From Halobacteroidaceae bacterium (GTDB lineage Bacteria; Bacillota; Halanaerobiia; B1SED10-174): DNA of 64,000 nt. Position 1 is the stretch's first letter; each line of letters starts with the position of its first letter. The stretch is taken from positions 4,598-68,597 of the forward strand of contig PUNE01000022.1 in assembly GCA_003551665.1 (NCBI GenBank), given 5' to 3'. The notes beneath the pieces were generated by a model. The model had not been told where the DNA came from. It saw nothing but the letters and a program-made list of their open reading frames with translations, and did no database searches. This document shows, piece by piece, positions 8,604-18,092 of the stretch. Made by a program: the position numbers and the translations under genes.

Positions 8604-9575
8604 CTAACTGGAAATTAATCCCAGCTGGTATGCTCCGATTATGTAAGAAAAATATAATATTAAAAGCAGAAGACCCTCTCGTCGGGAAATCCTGGATTGA
8701 GTAAAGCCCATTATCAGGAGTAAAATTATAAATACCAGCATTGCCAGGAGGCTTAGAAGATCACCCAGCCCGGCAAGGGGAAAGGGATTTATTGTTGCAG
8801 CTATTCCCGAAACCCAGGTCAGACCGAGAATATTTGCTCCAACCACATTTCCAAGGGAAAGGTCAACAACTCCCTTGCGCATTGAAACAATGGCTGTCGT
8901 TAATTCGGGAAGGGAGGTCCCGATGGCAATTAGAGACAGCCCCACAAATAGGGTGGAAAGGTTAAAATACTCAGCTATCTGCAAACTGGAATTGACCAGT
9001 AGCCGACTTCCCCCTACAACCATTGCTGCTCCCAGAACAAAAATAAGGAAATTCCGCCGAATTGAGCCAGTACCCTGCTCAGTTTTATCTGCTTCAATAT
9101 CACCAGGGATTTGCCTCACACTATTTAATCGGTAATTGCGTAACAGGTCTGTAACCAGATACATAGCGCCGGAAATTAAAAGGATAATCCCGCCCCAGCG
9201 GGGAACAAAACCATCAAGAATCAAAACACTTAAAAGAATCGCAGAGCCGAGCATAACCCAGGCAGAAACAACAAAATCCCGCCGTCTAACCCAAACCACA
9301 CTGACAAGTGCAGTAGTGCCAACAATAATTCCGATATTAGCAATAACTGAACCCACAGCATTCCCTATAGCCAGCTGAGGATTTCCCTGTAAGCTTGCAG
9401 TTGCCGTAACCAGGAGTTCTGGCAATGTAGTGGCCAGGCTAACCAGAGTCCCCCCAATAATCATCCGGGGGATCCTGAATAAGCGGGCAAGGCTGACACT
9501 GGAAGTCACAAATAGGTCCCCTCCCTTAACCAGGAGAGCAAGACCCAGTAAAAACAGCAACAATGTTTGGACCAT
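8604..9575 (-). CDS. CaCA-family cation/Ca2+ exchanger (YrbG-like)
   Basis: 323 aa, polytopic. The two alpha-repeat motifs GNAVGSVIANIG and GNVVGANILGL are diagnostic of Na+/Ca2+ exchanger family proteins. Confidence 0.85.
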   Translation of the reverse strand: MVQTLLLFLLGLALLVKGGDLFVTSSVSLARLFRIPRMIIGGTLVSLATTLPELLVTATASLQGNPQLAIGNAVGSVIANIGIIVGTTALVSVVWVRRRDFVVSAWVMLGSAILLSVLILDGFVPRWGGIILLISGAMYLVTDLLRNYRLNSVRQIPGDIEADKTEQGTGSIRRNFLIFVLGAAMVVGGSRLLVNSSLQIAEYFNLSTLFVGLSLIAIGTSLPELTTAIVSMRKGVVDLSLGNVVGANILGLTWVSGIAATINPFPLAGLGDLLSLLAMLVFIILLLIMGFTQSRISRREGLLLLILYFSYIIGAYQLGLISS

Positions 9576-9597
9576 ATGCTCAGTCCCTCTTTTCTTT

Positions 9598-10317
9598 TTA
9601 TGTTCCGAATACTATATCCTGAACAGATTCAATAACCCCTTCTGCGGCCTGATAATTCCAGTAGCCTCCCCAGAAAGCAAAAATAATTATATCATCTTCC
9701 TGCAGGTAAATTTCCCCCTCTGGGATTACCATTAAAATTTTGGTTTTTTCAACCCTGGGAGCTTCCCCGCTTTTTCCATCACCTAACTCCAAAAGTTTTT
9801 CCACAATTTCATCCACCGTAGATGGGTTAAGGATTTTTCCTTGCTCCCCAGGATAATCAATAACTTCAACAAATTCTGCATCCAGAATAAGGGAAAGAAG
9901 GGATCTCCCGCTCCGCATAACTTTCTCGCAGAAATCGAAAAAATCCCTGGCATCAATTCTCTTTTCCTGACCATCAACAATTAAACGCTCAGGATAAACC
10001 AGAAAACGGCCCTTTTCAGAAAGAATATTCTGCCCTTCAGAGAAGTAAATTTCAAAAAAATAATCCCTATTGTCAATAGTTATTTCTTCCCTTCTGCCAC
10101 GTTCCGCATAATAGGTTGCTCTTTCCCAGAGCGCTTCCACAAATTCAACATTTTCTTCAAACACAGCTAACCTCTCGCCTCTTCTCTCCCCCGATACCAT
10201 GTGCAGGCTGAAAGCCTGGGGAACATAACCTGCATCCCTGATTATAATGAAAACTATTATAATTACAACTATGGAAATGTAAAAAAACCACTTGGCCTTT
10301 TTTGATTTAAAAAACAT
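9598..10317 (-). CDS. hypothetical membrane-anchored protein
   Basis: 239-aa ORF with an N-terminal TM helix (WFFYISIVVIIIVFIII) followed by a soluble acidic domain. No recognisable motif. Confidence 0.45.
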   Translation of the reverse strand: MFFKSKKAKWFFYISIVVIIIVFIIIRDAGYVPQAFSLHMVSGERRGERLAVFEENVEFVEALWERATYYAERGRREEITIDNRDYFFEIYFSEGQNILSEKGRFLVYPERLIVDGQEKRIDARDFFDFCEKVMRSGRSLLSLILDAEFVEVIDYPGEQGKILNPSTVDEIVEKLLELGDGKSGEAPRVEKTKILMVIPEGEIYLQEDDIIIFAFWGGYWNYQAAEGVIESVQDIVFGT

Positions 10318-10328
10318 TTTTATCAGTC

Positions 10329-10532
10329 CTATCCCCAGAATCTAAAAACAAAAAATAAAAGCATAAACAGGGCAATGAGCCAGAAAATTCCAAACTTAAT
10401 CCGCCCACTGACATCCTCTGGCCTTTTTGACTTTCTTTCTTCAAAAAAATCCTTTTGGTTATTGATCCCCCGCATGTAAAATCCCCCCCACAGGTTATGG
10501 TACCAGTTCCGTTCCAAATCTTTCTTCTCCAT
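10329..10532 (-). CDS. hypothetical small membrane protein
   Basis: 67-aa ORF with a C-terminal TM helix (FGIFWLIALFMLLFFVF). The SD is poorly spaced for the first ATG; the internal ATG (MRGINNQ...) sits behind GGGGGGA. Weak support. Confidence 0.3.
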   Translation of the reverse strand: MEKKDLERNWYHNLWGGFYMRGINNQKDFFEERKSKRPEDVSGRIKFGIFWLIALFMLLFFVFRFWG

Positions 10533-10713
10533 AAATTGGAGTGAATCCTCCTCGAGGTTCTCCCCGCAAACTCTCCTTTTAGAATTTTTCCCTTTCTGAC
10601 TGTCCAGACTGAAATATAAAAGGAGGAAGCCAGGGAAAAAAGGGGAAAGATTCTATTAAGCTTTAATCCCTAAAAAGCAATTTATTTTATTCTGGAAAGA
10701 TTGGAGGCCCGGC

Positions 10714-11772
10714 ATGTTTATCTTAGAATTAGCACTCCTCTATGGTCTAGGAATTATTGGAAGTTTCCTGGGAAGAAAAGCTCGCCTTCCGGCAGCACCA
10801 GTGCTGGGAACTTTAATTTTTCTTACAATCCTTCGCCTTTCCGGTTTATCTCTTCCTAACCTCCCCCAGGGAAGCGTTCTGATAATACAGATTGCCCTGG
10901 GTTTAATGGTTGGAGCTCGTTTTAACGAAGAAACAAGCCAGCCCTTGAAGGGTATAACCAAACCAGCTTTTATTGTTTCCTTCTGGGCCCTGAGCCTGGC
11001 TTTTATATCGGGCTACATAATAACCTCTCTCACCGGCCTTGAGCTGAATACTGCTATCCTTTCTTCCAGTGTGGGGGGACTTCCAGAGATGACTGTTCTT
11101 GCAGTTGCTACGGATGCCGACCCGGTTGTGGTGATTTTTTTTCACATTACACGCTTGATGATTACCCTGATGCTTTTCCCTCCAGCCCTTAAATTGTTAA
11201 AGAAAAAATTTCCCGAACCTCCTCCAAGCCAGAATGAAAATAAAGGCGACAAAAGGCAACCTTACAAACCAAACAGGTCACCTGGGGCCATATTATATAC
11301 CATTTCTGGCGCAGCATTAATTGGCTATCTGGCTGGGCTTGTTCAAATCCCAGCTGGAGGCCTTGTTGGAGCTATCCTTTTCATGGTAATCAGCTCCCGT
11401 TTTCGATTCCCCGTTTTCCAACCTCCCCACTATCTTCTAAACTGGTTTTTAATTGGAGTTGGAGTCATGATTGCTGACCGGATCGATGTAACCAGCCTCG
11501 CCCCCCTTTTGAGTCTCCAAATACTTACTCCCCTTATTCTCTCAATTACCCTTATAATTGGCAGTTCTCTTTTTGTAGCCTACCTTATCCACCGCTTTGC
11601 AGGATGGGACCCAATTTCAGCCTATCTGGCTGCAGCCCCAGCAGGTTTCACAATAATGACCGCACTGGCCCTGCAGGAAAACCGCAACCCTGTTTCCATT
11701 TCCTTAATGCACCTGTCTCGCCTGATGGTTCTCAAGCTAATCCTTCCCTTTGTTTTTATGCTCCTCTATTAA
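10714..11772 (+). CDS. AbrB-duplication family membrane protein (putative ammonia-monooxygenase-like)
   Basis: 352 aa, polytopic, two-fold repeat with GGLPEMTV and AAPAGFTIMT motifs characteristic of this family. SD GGAGG lies 6 nt upstream of the ATG. Confidence 0.7.
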   Translation: MFILELALLYGLGIIGSFLGRKARLPAAPVLGTLIFLTILRLSGLSLPNLPQGSVLIIQIALGLMVGARFNEETSQPLKGITKPAFIVSFWALSLAFISGYIITSLTGLELNTAILSSSVGGLPEMTVLAVATDADPVVVIFFHITRLMITLMLFPPALKLLKKKFPEPPPSQNENKGDKRQPYKPNRSPGAILYTISGAALIGYLAGLVQIPAGGLVGAILFMVISSRFRFPVFQPPHYLLNWFLIGVGVMIADRIDVTSLAPLLSLQILTPLILSITLIIGSSLFVAYLIHRFAGWDPISAYLAAAPAGFTIMTALALQENRNPVSISLMHLSRLMVLKLILPFVFMLLY

Positions 11773-11788
11773 AAAAAAGCAGGTATAT

Positions 11789-12211
11789 TTAGTCCTGCTT
11801 TTCAAAAAAACGCCCCAGTAATCCATTTATAAACTTCCCTGATTCCTCTCCGCCAAAAGCTTTTCCCATTTCAATAGCCTCATCGACGGCGACCGGATCG
11901 GGAACGTCGGGGCAGTACCTCATTTCATAGAGACCAAGCCTTATTATATTGAGATCAACCCGGGATAACCTTTCCAATCGCCAGCTGGAAAGGTATTTTT
12001 CTATTTCCCCATCAAGTTCCTCAATTTTTTCAAGAACTCCTTTGACCAGTTTTTGAGTATACGGGGCTCGTTCAGCACCCGGTTCGAGTTTCAGGAAACT
12101 AGGCCAGGCCTGTTCAAACTGGTAACCCGTTTGACCCATCAGGTAAAGTAACTGCACGGCCCATTCTCTTTGTTGTCTTCGACTGATTATCGTTGCCAAA
12201 ACAAACCTCAC
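11789..12211 (-). CDS. nusB: transcription antitermination factor NusB
   Basis: SRRQQREWAVQLLY... and the C-terminal AFGGEESGKFINGLLG match NusB. The track start is GTG 12211; TTG 12199 behind AAGGTGAGG is a better-spaced alternative. Confidence 0.9.
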   Translation of the reverse strand: MRFVLATIISRRQQREWAVQLLYLMGQTGYQFEQAWPSFLKLEPGAERAPYTQKLVKGVLEKIEELDGEIEKYLSSWRLERLSRVDLNIIRLGLYEMRYCPDVPDPVAVDEAIEMGKAFGGEESGKFINGLLGRFFEKQD

Positions 12212-12331
12212 CTTCTCACTACAGGATGGAAATATTTGGACCGGGCATGCCTGGAATGACGGGGAAAATCCAATTTCTTCACCTATCCGACCTGGTCAGC
12301 ACCTTCCGGAAAAATATCGGGAACTAAATGG

Positions 12332-13093
12332 TTAAAAATCCTTATTATGGTTTCGTTTTTCCGGTTCTTCCTCCTGAATTTCTTCTTCCTGGATTTCTTC
12401 TTCTTCCCACTTTTTGTCTATCTCCTCTTCCATTGCATCCTTTTTCCTGGGTGTTTCTTCCTCGGTTTCTTCTGCTGGAGCTTCTTCTTCAGGTTTTTCT
12501 TCGGGTGGCTGTTCTTCCTTAAGAATTTCCTCTTTTTCAGGTTTGGGTTCTATCTTTTTTGGTTTAAACTGCCGCTCCTCTTCATTTTCAATACTGTGGA
12601 CAACAGTTTCGATTTTTTCCACCTTCACTCCCACAACCTGGTTAACATAATCCTTTAAAGATTCCTGAATATCGTTTACCAGGTCCGGAATATCCTGATG
12701 GGGGCAAACACCAATCTTCAGGCGAATTAACAGGCCGCCTTCAACTGGTTTTAGAAAAGTTTTCACCTCTTTAACTCCACTCTGCCGAGAAACAAATCTG
12801 AAAATGAGCCCCTCCACTGCATCAAGAGAAACTCTTATTGAACCCGTAGCACCATCACGGACAATGGTATTTCGGGGTTCACTCCTCAGAAAATAGGGAA
12901 GGAGGCTGAAAATCCCAAGGAGAAAAACAGCAAGGGCAATCAGCCCTGCCAGGTAGTTTTGGTACAGGGTTTCCAGAAAATAAATATAGGTGTTAGCAGC
13001 AATAAAACCAAAAAAGTGAAAGCTGAGCATCAAACTAACAAGGGTAAAAACAACCAGAACAAAAAACTGAACGACCTTATAAAAGAAACCCAT
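12332..13093 (-). CDS. AmaP-like alkaline-shock membrane-anchor protein with E/K/P-rich tail
   Basis: 253 aa. Two N-terminal TM helices, then a ~100-aa domain (IRVSLDAVEGLIFRFVSRQSGVKEVKTFLKPVEGGLLIRLKIGV). Sits directly downstream of asp23 as amaP does in Bacillota. The last ~95 aa are low complexity. Confidence 0.55.
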   Translation of the reverse strand: MGFFYKVVQFFVLVVFTLVSLMLSFHFFGFIAANTYIYFLETLYQNYLAGLIALAVFLLGIFSLLPYFLRSEPRNTIVRDGATGSIRVSLDAVEGLIFRFVSRQSGVKEVKTFLKPVEGGLLIRLKIGVCPHQDIPDLVNDIQESLKDYVNQVVGVKVEKIETVVHSIENEEERQFKPKKIEPKPEKEEILKEEQPPEEKPEEEAPAEETEEETPRKKDAMEEEIDKKWEEEEIQEEEIQEEEPEKRNHNKDF

Positions 13094-13114
13094 TACCCAT
13101 CCCCCCTAGTAAAA

Positions 13115-13672
13115 TTAATCTCCTTCTTTATTTTTTTCTTCTTTCCCCTTTTTTTCCTGTTTCTCCTGCTTTTCCTGTTCTTCTTGTTTTACCTTTTCTT
13201 CCTTTTCTTCCTTTTCCTCTTTCTTCTCTTTCCTACCCTTTTTGCCTTTTTTCCCTTTTTTGCTTTCCTCTTTTTCTTCTTGCTTTTTTTCCTCTTTTCT
13301 TTCTTCCTCGTGCTCTACCTTCGGCATGTGAGTATCAATTCCGGTAATGAAAACATTAACCTCAACCATCTTCAGGCCGGTCATTCCCTCAACTGCTTTT
13401 TTAACATTTTCCTGAACCTTGGTTGCCACAGCATGAACAACAGCCCCATATTCAATAACCAGGTAAAGATCAACCTTGGCTTCTTTTTCTCCAACCTCAA
13501 CCTTTACACCTTTGGAGAGGTTTTTTTTGCCCAGGAGTTCAACAAGGCCTCCAGCAAACCCCCCGGTCATACTCTTCACGCCCTCAATTTCGGTTGCTGC
13601 CAGTCCTGCAATTATTCCAATCACTTCATCCGCAATATGAACACTTCCATAATCATGGGCGGGCTGGTACAT
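13115..13672 (-). CDS. asp23: Asp23/Gls24-family envelope stress protein with K/E-rich tail
   Basis: ATG 13672 behind GGAGGTGA gives MYQPAHDYGSVHIADEVIGIIAGLAATEIEGV..., an Asp23 domain. The C-terminal ~75 aa are KEEKEEKEEK-type low complexity. Confidence 0.85.
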   Translation of the reverse strand: MYQPAHDYGSVHIADEVIGIIAGLAATEIEGVKSMTGGFAGGLVELLGKKNLSKGVKVEVGEKEAKVDLYLVIEYGAVVHAVATKVQENVKKAVEGMTGLKMVEVNVFITGIDTHMPKVEHEEERKEEKKQEEKEESKKGKKGKKGRKEKKEEKEEKEEKVKQEEQEKQEKQEKKGKEEKNKEGD

Positions 13673-13804
13673 TTTTTCACCTCCAGATAAAACCTCATTC
13701 TTTCCTTTATTATCCAAACCTGTACTTATTTAAAATTCTACAAGTTCAGCAGTTTTCCTTTTTAAAAACAAAATCCTCCCGACTGCAGGCTTTTGCAAAA
13801 AACA

Positions 13805-13838
13805 TACCCCGGGCTTTTCCCCGGGGTCTTGCCTTATC
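13805..13838 (-). terminator. intrinsic terminator after efp
   Basis: Minus strand: ACCCCGGGgaaaagCCCGGGGT followed by atgTTTTTTg. Confidence 0.75.
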
Positions 13839-13846
13839 TCGCGCTA

Positions 13847-14413
13847 TTATTTGGATACCCTTTCAATGTAATCCCCGGAACGGGTATCCACTTTAACAAT
13901 ATCCCCCTCGTTAATAAAGAGGGGAACGTTAATTTCTGCCCCCGTTTCCAGCCCCGCGGGCTTGGTACCCCCGGAAACGGTATTCCCCTTTAATCCAGGA
14001 TCAGTACGGGTTACTTCCAGTTCAACAAATGTGGGAAGTTCTATTGTAACCGCCCTTCCCTGGTAATACTTAACCTTGAGGGCCATATTTTCCTTCAGAA
14101 ATTTGATTATGCCCTCGCCCAGGTCATTTGCATGGATGGCAGTCTGTTCAAAAGTCTCGCGATCCATAAAAAAGAACTGGTCTTCAGAGCGGTAAAGGAA
14201 CTCCATTTCTTTTTCTTCCAGGTGGGCTTTTTTTACCTTTTCCCCGGCCCGGAAGGTTTTTTCAAAAACCGCACCTGTTTCAATATTTCTGAGTTTGGTC
14301 CGGACAAAAGCACTGCCCTTGCCCGGTTTTACGTGCAAAAATTCGATTACAGTGCATATTCCCTCTTCAATATCAATAGTAAGTCCAGTATGGAAATTGT
14401 TGGTGGAAATCAT
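13847..14413 (-). CDS. efp: elongation factor P
   Basis: 188 aa: [18 protein letters not shown]...[17 protein letters not shown], including the conserved modified-Lys loop. Confidence 0.95.
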   Translation of the reverse strand: MISTNNFHTGLTIDIEEGICTVIEFLHVKPGKGSAFVRTKLRNIETGAVFEKTFRAGEKVKKAHLEEKEMEFLYRSEDQFFFMDRETFEQTAIHANDLGEGIIKFLKENMALKVKYYQGRAVTIELPTFVELEVTRTDPGLKGNTVSGGTKPAGLETGAEINVPLFINEGDIVKVDTRSGDYIERVSK

Positions 14414-14470
14414 TTTTTACCTCCTATCCAAGGGTCAAAGCCCTTTCCGATAATCAAGCGTAAAAACAGC

Positions 14471-15541
14471 CTAGATAATTTTAAACTCTTTAGGAGCTCC
14501 CGTCAAGCTTCTCACTCCATTTGCTTCCATGACTACTATATCCTCGATCCGGACACCACCCCATCCGGGGAGATAAATTCCCGGTTCAACGGTAAAAACC
14601 ATTCCCTCCTCCAGGTTGGAATCACTAATGGGACTCAGCCGGGGACTTTCATGCACATCTATTCCAATTCCATGACCCAACCCGTGGCCAAAATTGTCCC
14701 CATAACCTTTCGCAGAAATTACATCACGAGAAAACTTATCAGCATCTTGCCCCGAAATGCCGGGCTTAATTCCTTCAATGGCCTCAAGTTGAGCCTTCAG
14801 GACCGTATCATAAATCTCTCGTTCTTTCTCTCCTGCCTTTCCAATTGCAAAAGTCCTGGTCACATCAGAAGCATAACCATCTAAACGGGCTCCCATATCA
14901 ATTACCACCAGCTCACCGGCCTTAATTTCTTTATCACTTGCAATTCCATGGGGCAATGAACCCCTTGGCCCGGATGCAACAATAATATCAAAGGAGCTAC
15001 CCCTGGCTCCATTTTTGCGGAGGAAAAATTCCAGTTCAAGAGATACCTCTTTTTCTTTCATTCCAGGTTTGATAAAACCACAAATATGTTCCAGGGCCTG
15101 GTCTGCAAGATCAACCGCTTTTTGTAGCGCTTTAAGTTCTTCTGGACTTTTAAATACTCTAAATTTTTCCACAAGGTTCTGGGTCGGAACCCATTCTACA
15201 CTTGGAATTTTTTCTTTAAGCTGTTTTTCCACTGTAGAAAAGGTTTCAAAATCTTCTTCAAAACCAATTTTTTTCAGTTTTTCCCTCGAAATCAGTTCCT
15301 GAAGGGTGTCCATTTTTTTCAGATCATGCTCTACAACCTCCAGGTGAGGTGCCTGATTATTCGCCTGTTCAGTATACCTGAAGTCCGTTATAAGCATCGC
15401 TGATTGTTCTGTAACCATAACAGTTCCTGCTGAACCGGTAAAACCGCTCAGGTAAAAACGATTCGACGGGTTGTTTATAATTACTCCATCCAGATTCAGT
15501 TCCTGTAACTCTTGGCGCACTTTCCTAATTCTATTTTCCAT
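14471..15541 (-). CDS. pepP: Xaa-Pro aminopeptidase (M24B)
   Basis: 356 aa. Creatinase-like N-domain plus a pita-bread domain with metal-ligand blocks VVIDMGARLDGYASDVTRT, HGLGHGIGIDVHE, VFTVEPGIY and VRIED. The pepP-efp adjacency is typical of Bacillota. Confidence 0.9.
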   Translation of the reverse strand: MENRIRKVRQELQELNLDGVIINNPSNRFYLSGFTGSAGTVMVTEQSAMLITDFRYTEQANNQAPHLEVVEHDLKKMDTLQELISREKLKKIGFEEDFETFSTVEKQLKEKIPSVEWVPTQNLVEKFRVFKSPEELKALQKAVDLADQALEHICGFIKPGMKEKEVSLELEFFLRKNGARGSSFDIIVASGPRGSLPHGIASDKEIKAGELVVIDMGARLDGYASDVTRTFAIGKAGEKEREIYDTVLKAQLEAIEGIKPGISGQDADKFSRDVISAKGYGDNFGHGLGHGIGIDVHESPRLSPISDSNLEEGMVFTVEPGIYLPGWGGVRIEDIVVMEANGVRSLTGAPKEFKII

Positions 15542-15561
15542 TTCCAGGCCTCCCTATTGTT

Positions 15562-17145
15562 TTACTTAAAAATCCGGTTTCCAAACTCTTTTTCTTTCTT
15601 TAAACCCTCTTTTCCTCCATTCTCTTCAACTATGCGCGGGGTAATAAAAATTATAAGCTCTGATGCCATCTGGTCCTCTTTGCTGGAACCAAAAAGGGAA
15701 CCTACCAGAGGTAATTTTCGAAACCAGGGGACCTCCTTTTTGGCCAACCGATCCTGAACCTGCAGAAGGCCACCCAGGGCAAAAGTTTCACCACTTTTGA
15801 CTCTGACCACTGTTTCTGCCTCTCTGGTTCTAATGCGAGGGAAACCACCAATTAACTCTTCCCCCAGAGTGCTAACCTCCGGCCTGACTTTAAGGGTAAG
15901 GTATTCATTATCCGAAACCCTCGGGGTAAAGGAAATTAAAATCCCCGTTTGCAGATAGTTGATTCCCCTTTCCTCTCCATTATCTATTCTCTCTCCTCTA
16001 ACCGGAATCCTGTCACCAATATGCAGGGTTCCTTTAATTCCATCCAGGGTAGTCAGGCGGGGCCGGGCCAGTGTTTCGGAAATTCCTTCTTCTTCAATCA
16101 GTTCCAACAGCTTTGCCAGACTGATTTGTACTCCTTCTCCCCCTTGAATAAACCCATCTTTAAAAAAATTAATTTCCCCTGCTCCACTCAGGTTAAAACC
16201 TTTCTCTTTAAAGAAATTACTGGAAACTTCTTCAATCCTGAATTCCACGAGGATCAACTCTCGGGGTTGATCCATTTCTTCCAGTACTTTAAGCATCTCC
16301 TCCAGGATTTCTTCTTTTCCCCTTAACAAAAGCCTGTTCAGGCGTTTATCAATTTCAATTTCTGCATCTGGATACAAACCAGCAAGAATAGAAGCAAGAA
16401 CTTCAGGGTCTCCGTATTGCAGTTTCCTGATAACAAGTTCCCGCTGGGGCAGAGGGTAATCCATCTTCTGAATCAACCCTGCTGCTTTTTCCACTTCCCC
16501 TGCCGGGCCCTTAATTATTAGTAAATCCCTCTCTGTTTTGTCAAAACCAATAAGTTCAGGGAACAGTCTTTCCAGTATTTGCATCCCTTCCTCAACCGGA
16601 AAGTAATTTAACCTCAGCACCATGACTTCTTTCCCTTCTCGAGGGAAATCAATCTGGGAAATAATCTTCTGAACGCTCTCCAGTTGATCTTTTTCTCCAC
16701 TACAGATTATACTGGGGCTATAATTATCCACAACAACCTGCAGTTCCGGAAAAATTTCTGTTACCCACTCGGCTGCTTCTTCAGGATTAACTCCCTCCAA
16801 ATCTAATATTTTTATCCCCTTATCACTGCCTATTTCCTCAATTAAACAGGGCTCTCCAACAAGGTAAATATTTTCTTTTTTTAAATATGCCAGCCCCTGG
16901 GAATAAATTATACCCGCCCAGGCTTCAGAAAAGGTTACCCCTTCCAGGTTAGCTGAAACCGTCCCACTTACTTGTGAGCAAATTAAAACGTTTTTCCCAG
17001 CAATATCGGCCAGGCCCCGCAGGACATCATCGACTTCAGCTTCCCGAAAAGACACCTCAATCATAGCCCCATCAATCCTGACCGGGGTAAAAATTAGAAT
17101 TAATAAAAGAAAAACCCCCAGATAGTTCTTTAGCAAATTAATCAC
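15562..17145 (-). CDS. pilQ: type IV pilus secretin PilQ (GspD-superfamily)
   Basis: 527 aa. Signal-anchor N-terminus and a C-terminal secretin domain ...ETVVRVKSGETFALGGLLQ...VPWFRKLPLVGSLFGS...ELIIFITPRIV. Last gene of the pil cluster. Confidence 0.85.
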   Translation of the reverse strand: MINLLKNYLGVFLLLILIFTPVRIDGAMIEVSFREAEVDDVLRGLADIAGKNVLICSQVSGTVSANLEGVTFSEAWAGIIYSQGLAYLKKENIYLVGEPCLIEEIGSDKGIKILDLEGVNPEEAAEWVTEIFPELQVVVDNYSPSIICSGEKDQLESVQKIISQIDFPREGKEVMVLRLNYFPVEEGMQILERLFPELIGFDKTERDLLIIKGPAGEVEKAAGLIQKMDYPLPQRELVIRKLQYGDPEVLASILAGLYPDAEIEIDKRLNRLLLRGKEEILEEMLKVLEEMDQPRELILVEFRIEEVSSNFFKEKGFNLSGAGEINFFKDGFIQGGEGVQISLAKLLELIEEEGISETLARPRLTTLDGIKGTLHIGDRIPVRGERIDNGEERGINYLQTGILISFTPRVSDNEYLTLKVRPEVSTLGEELIGGFPRIRTREAETVVRVKSGETFALGGLLQVQDRLAKKEVPWFRKLPLVGSLFGSSKEDQMASELIIFITPRIVEENGGKEGLKKEKEFGNRIFK

Positions 17146-17587
17146 CTCTCATTGGTAAGAAAAAGAAGGCCCCGTCAGGGTGTTTTTGCAAAATAACATG
17201 GTCAAAAAAGACCCCGGCCACCTCCCAATTCTCCCAGAAGTCCCCTTCTCTTCTCAGGATAATATCCATTTCCCCCTTGATTATTGCCAGTTTTTCTCCC
17301 CCTTTTTTGATAACCCCCTGTAATTCCAGGCCAGGAGGCCGGGGGAGATTATGAGCAACTTCAGCCTTTCCCGGCAAAAAAGGATTTGGAGGAATTTCCT
17401 GCCCCCCGGAATACTGGAAAACAATTTCATCCTCCAGTCGTTCTTCAGTCTTCCCGGAATATGAAAGGGGAGGGGGAAAGGGTTTGGTTTCCAGTGTTTT
17501 ACTTGAATTTATTAGAAAAAAACCTGCAAGTCCAACCATAACAATTAAAACAAATATCCCCAGTTTTTCTTTCGGGTCAAAATCCAC
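17138..17587 (-). CDS. PilP-like pilus assembly protein
   Basis: 149 aa. N-terminal TM, Pro-rich linker, and a C-terminal beta domain (LQGVIKKGGEKLAIIKGEMDIILRREGD) resembling the PilP/GspC HR domain. Lies between the pilO-like gene and pilQ and overlaps both. Confidence 0.45.
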   Translation of the reverse strand: MDFDPKEKLGIFVLIVMVGLAGFFLINSSKTLETKPFPPPLSYSGKTEERLEDEIVFQYSGGQEIPPNPFLPGKAEVAHNLPRPPGLELQGVIKKGGEKLAIIKGEMDIILRREGDFWENWEVAGVFFDHVILQKHPDGAFFFLPMRGD

Positions 17588-18092
17588 TTTCCAAAAATCC
17601 CTCCTCCAGTTTGCTTTTCAGCCTGATTTCCAAAAAAAGCCCCTCCCCCGCCTGGAAAGATAGTTCCTTTAACTTGGCACGGTAAGGAATTTTTGCAAAA
17701 TCCTGAAGAAAACCTACTAAGGCTGCAAACTCTCCCTCCCAGGTTCCAGAAAAAATCGCAGTTGCCTCAGATTTCTGAAGGGTTAAACTTTTCTCTCTGA
17801 TCTCCCTTTTTCCCGCCCTTTTCTGGAGATAATTTTTTATCTCCCTGAAATGACCATATTTCCAGGGGAAAAAGCCCTTAATTTCTTCAAGCTTTTCCTC
17901 AAGATAAACCAGTTCATTTTCTAGCTCTTTCCTTTCCAGTTTTTTCCCCTTCAAATCTTCCACCATGAGGCTTTTTGATTTTTGGATCTCAATATATTCA
18001 TTAATTTCTTTTTGCTTGGGCAGGAGTTGCCCGAAAAAAACCAGACAGAAAACAATAACCAGAATTCCAATTATCAAAAACTTAATTTTTAT
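17577..18092 (-). CDS. pilO: PilO-like pilus assembly protein
   Basis: N-terminal TM then a coiled coil (KKLERKELENELVYLEEKLEEIK), positioned after pilN. The first canonical start, TTG 18077, is 22 nt from the SD. I extend to in-frame ATA 18092, which is 7 nt from GGAGG and overlaps the pilN stop as ATAA (see findings). Confidence 0.5.
   Translation of the reverse strand: MKIKFLIIGILVIVFCLVFFGQLLPKQKEINEYIEIQKSKSLMVEDLKGKKLERKELENELVYLEEKLEEIKGFFPWKYGHFREIKNYLQKRAGKREIREKSLTLQKSEATAIFSGTWEGEFAALVGFLQDFAKIPYRAKLKELSFQAGEGLFLEIRLKSKLEEGFLESGF

Noticed and set aside
12332-13330. Possible CRISPR or tandem-repeat array suggested by repetitive GAA/AAG/GAG runs
   Set aside because: There is no repeat-spacer periodicity or defined repeat unit. 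The repeats are in-frame codon repeats within two ORFs.
12347-13690. Long plus-strand ORFs (12347-12658, 12414-12650, 12959-13690; up to 243 aa) rich in F/L/S
   Set aside because: They are mirror artefacts of the polypyrimidine tracts that encode the K/E tails of asp23 and amaP-like on the minus strand. They have no SD, extreme low complexity, and the opposite strand carries recognisable domains.
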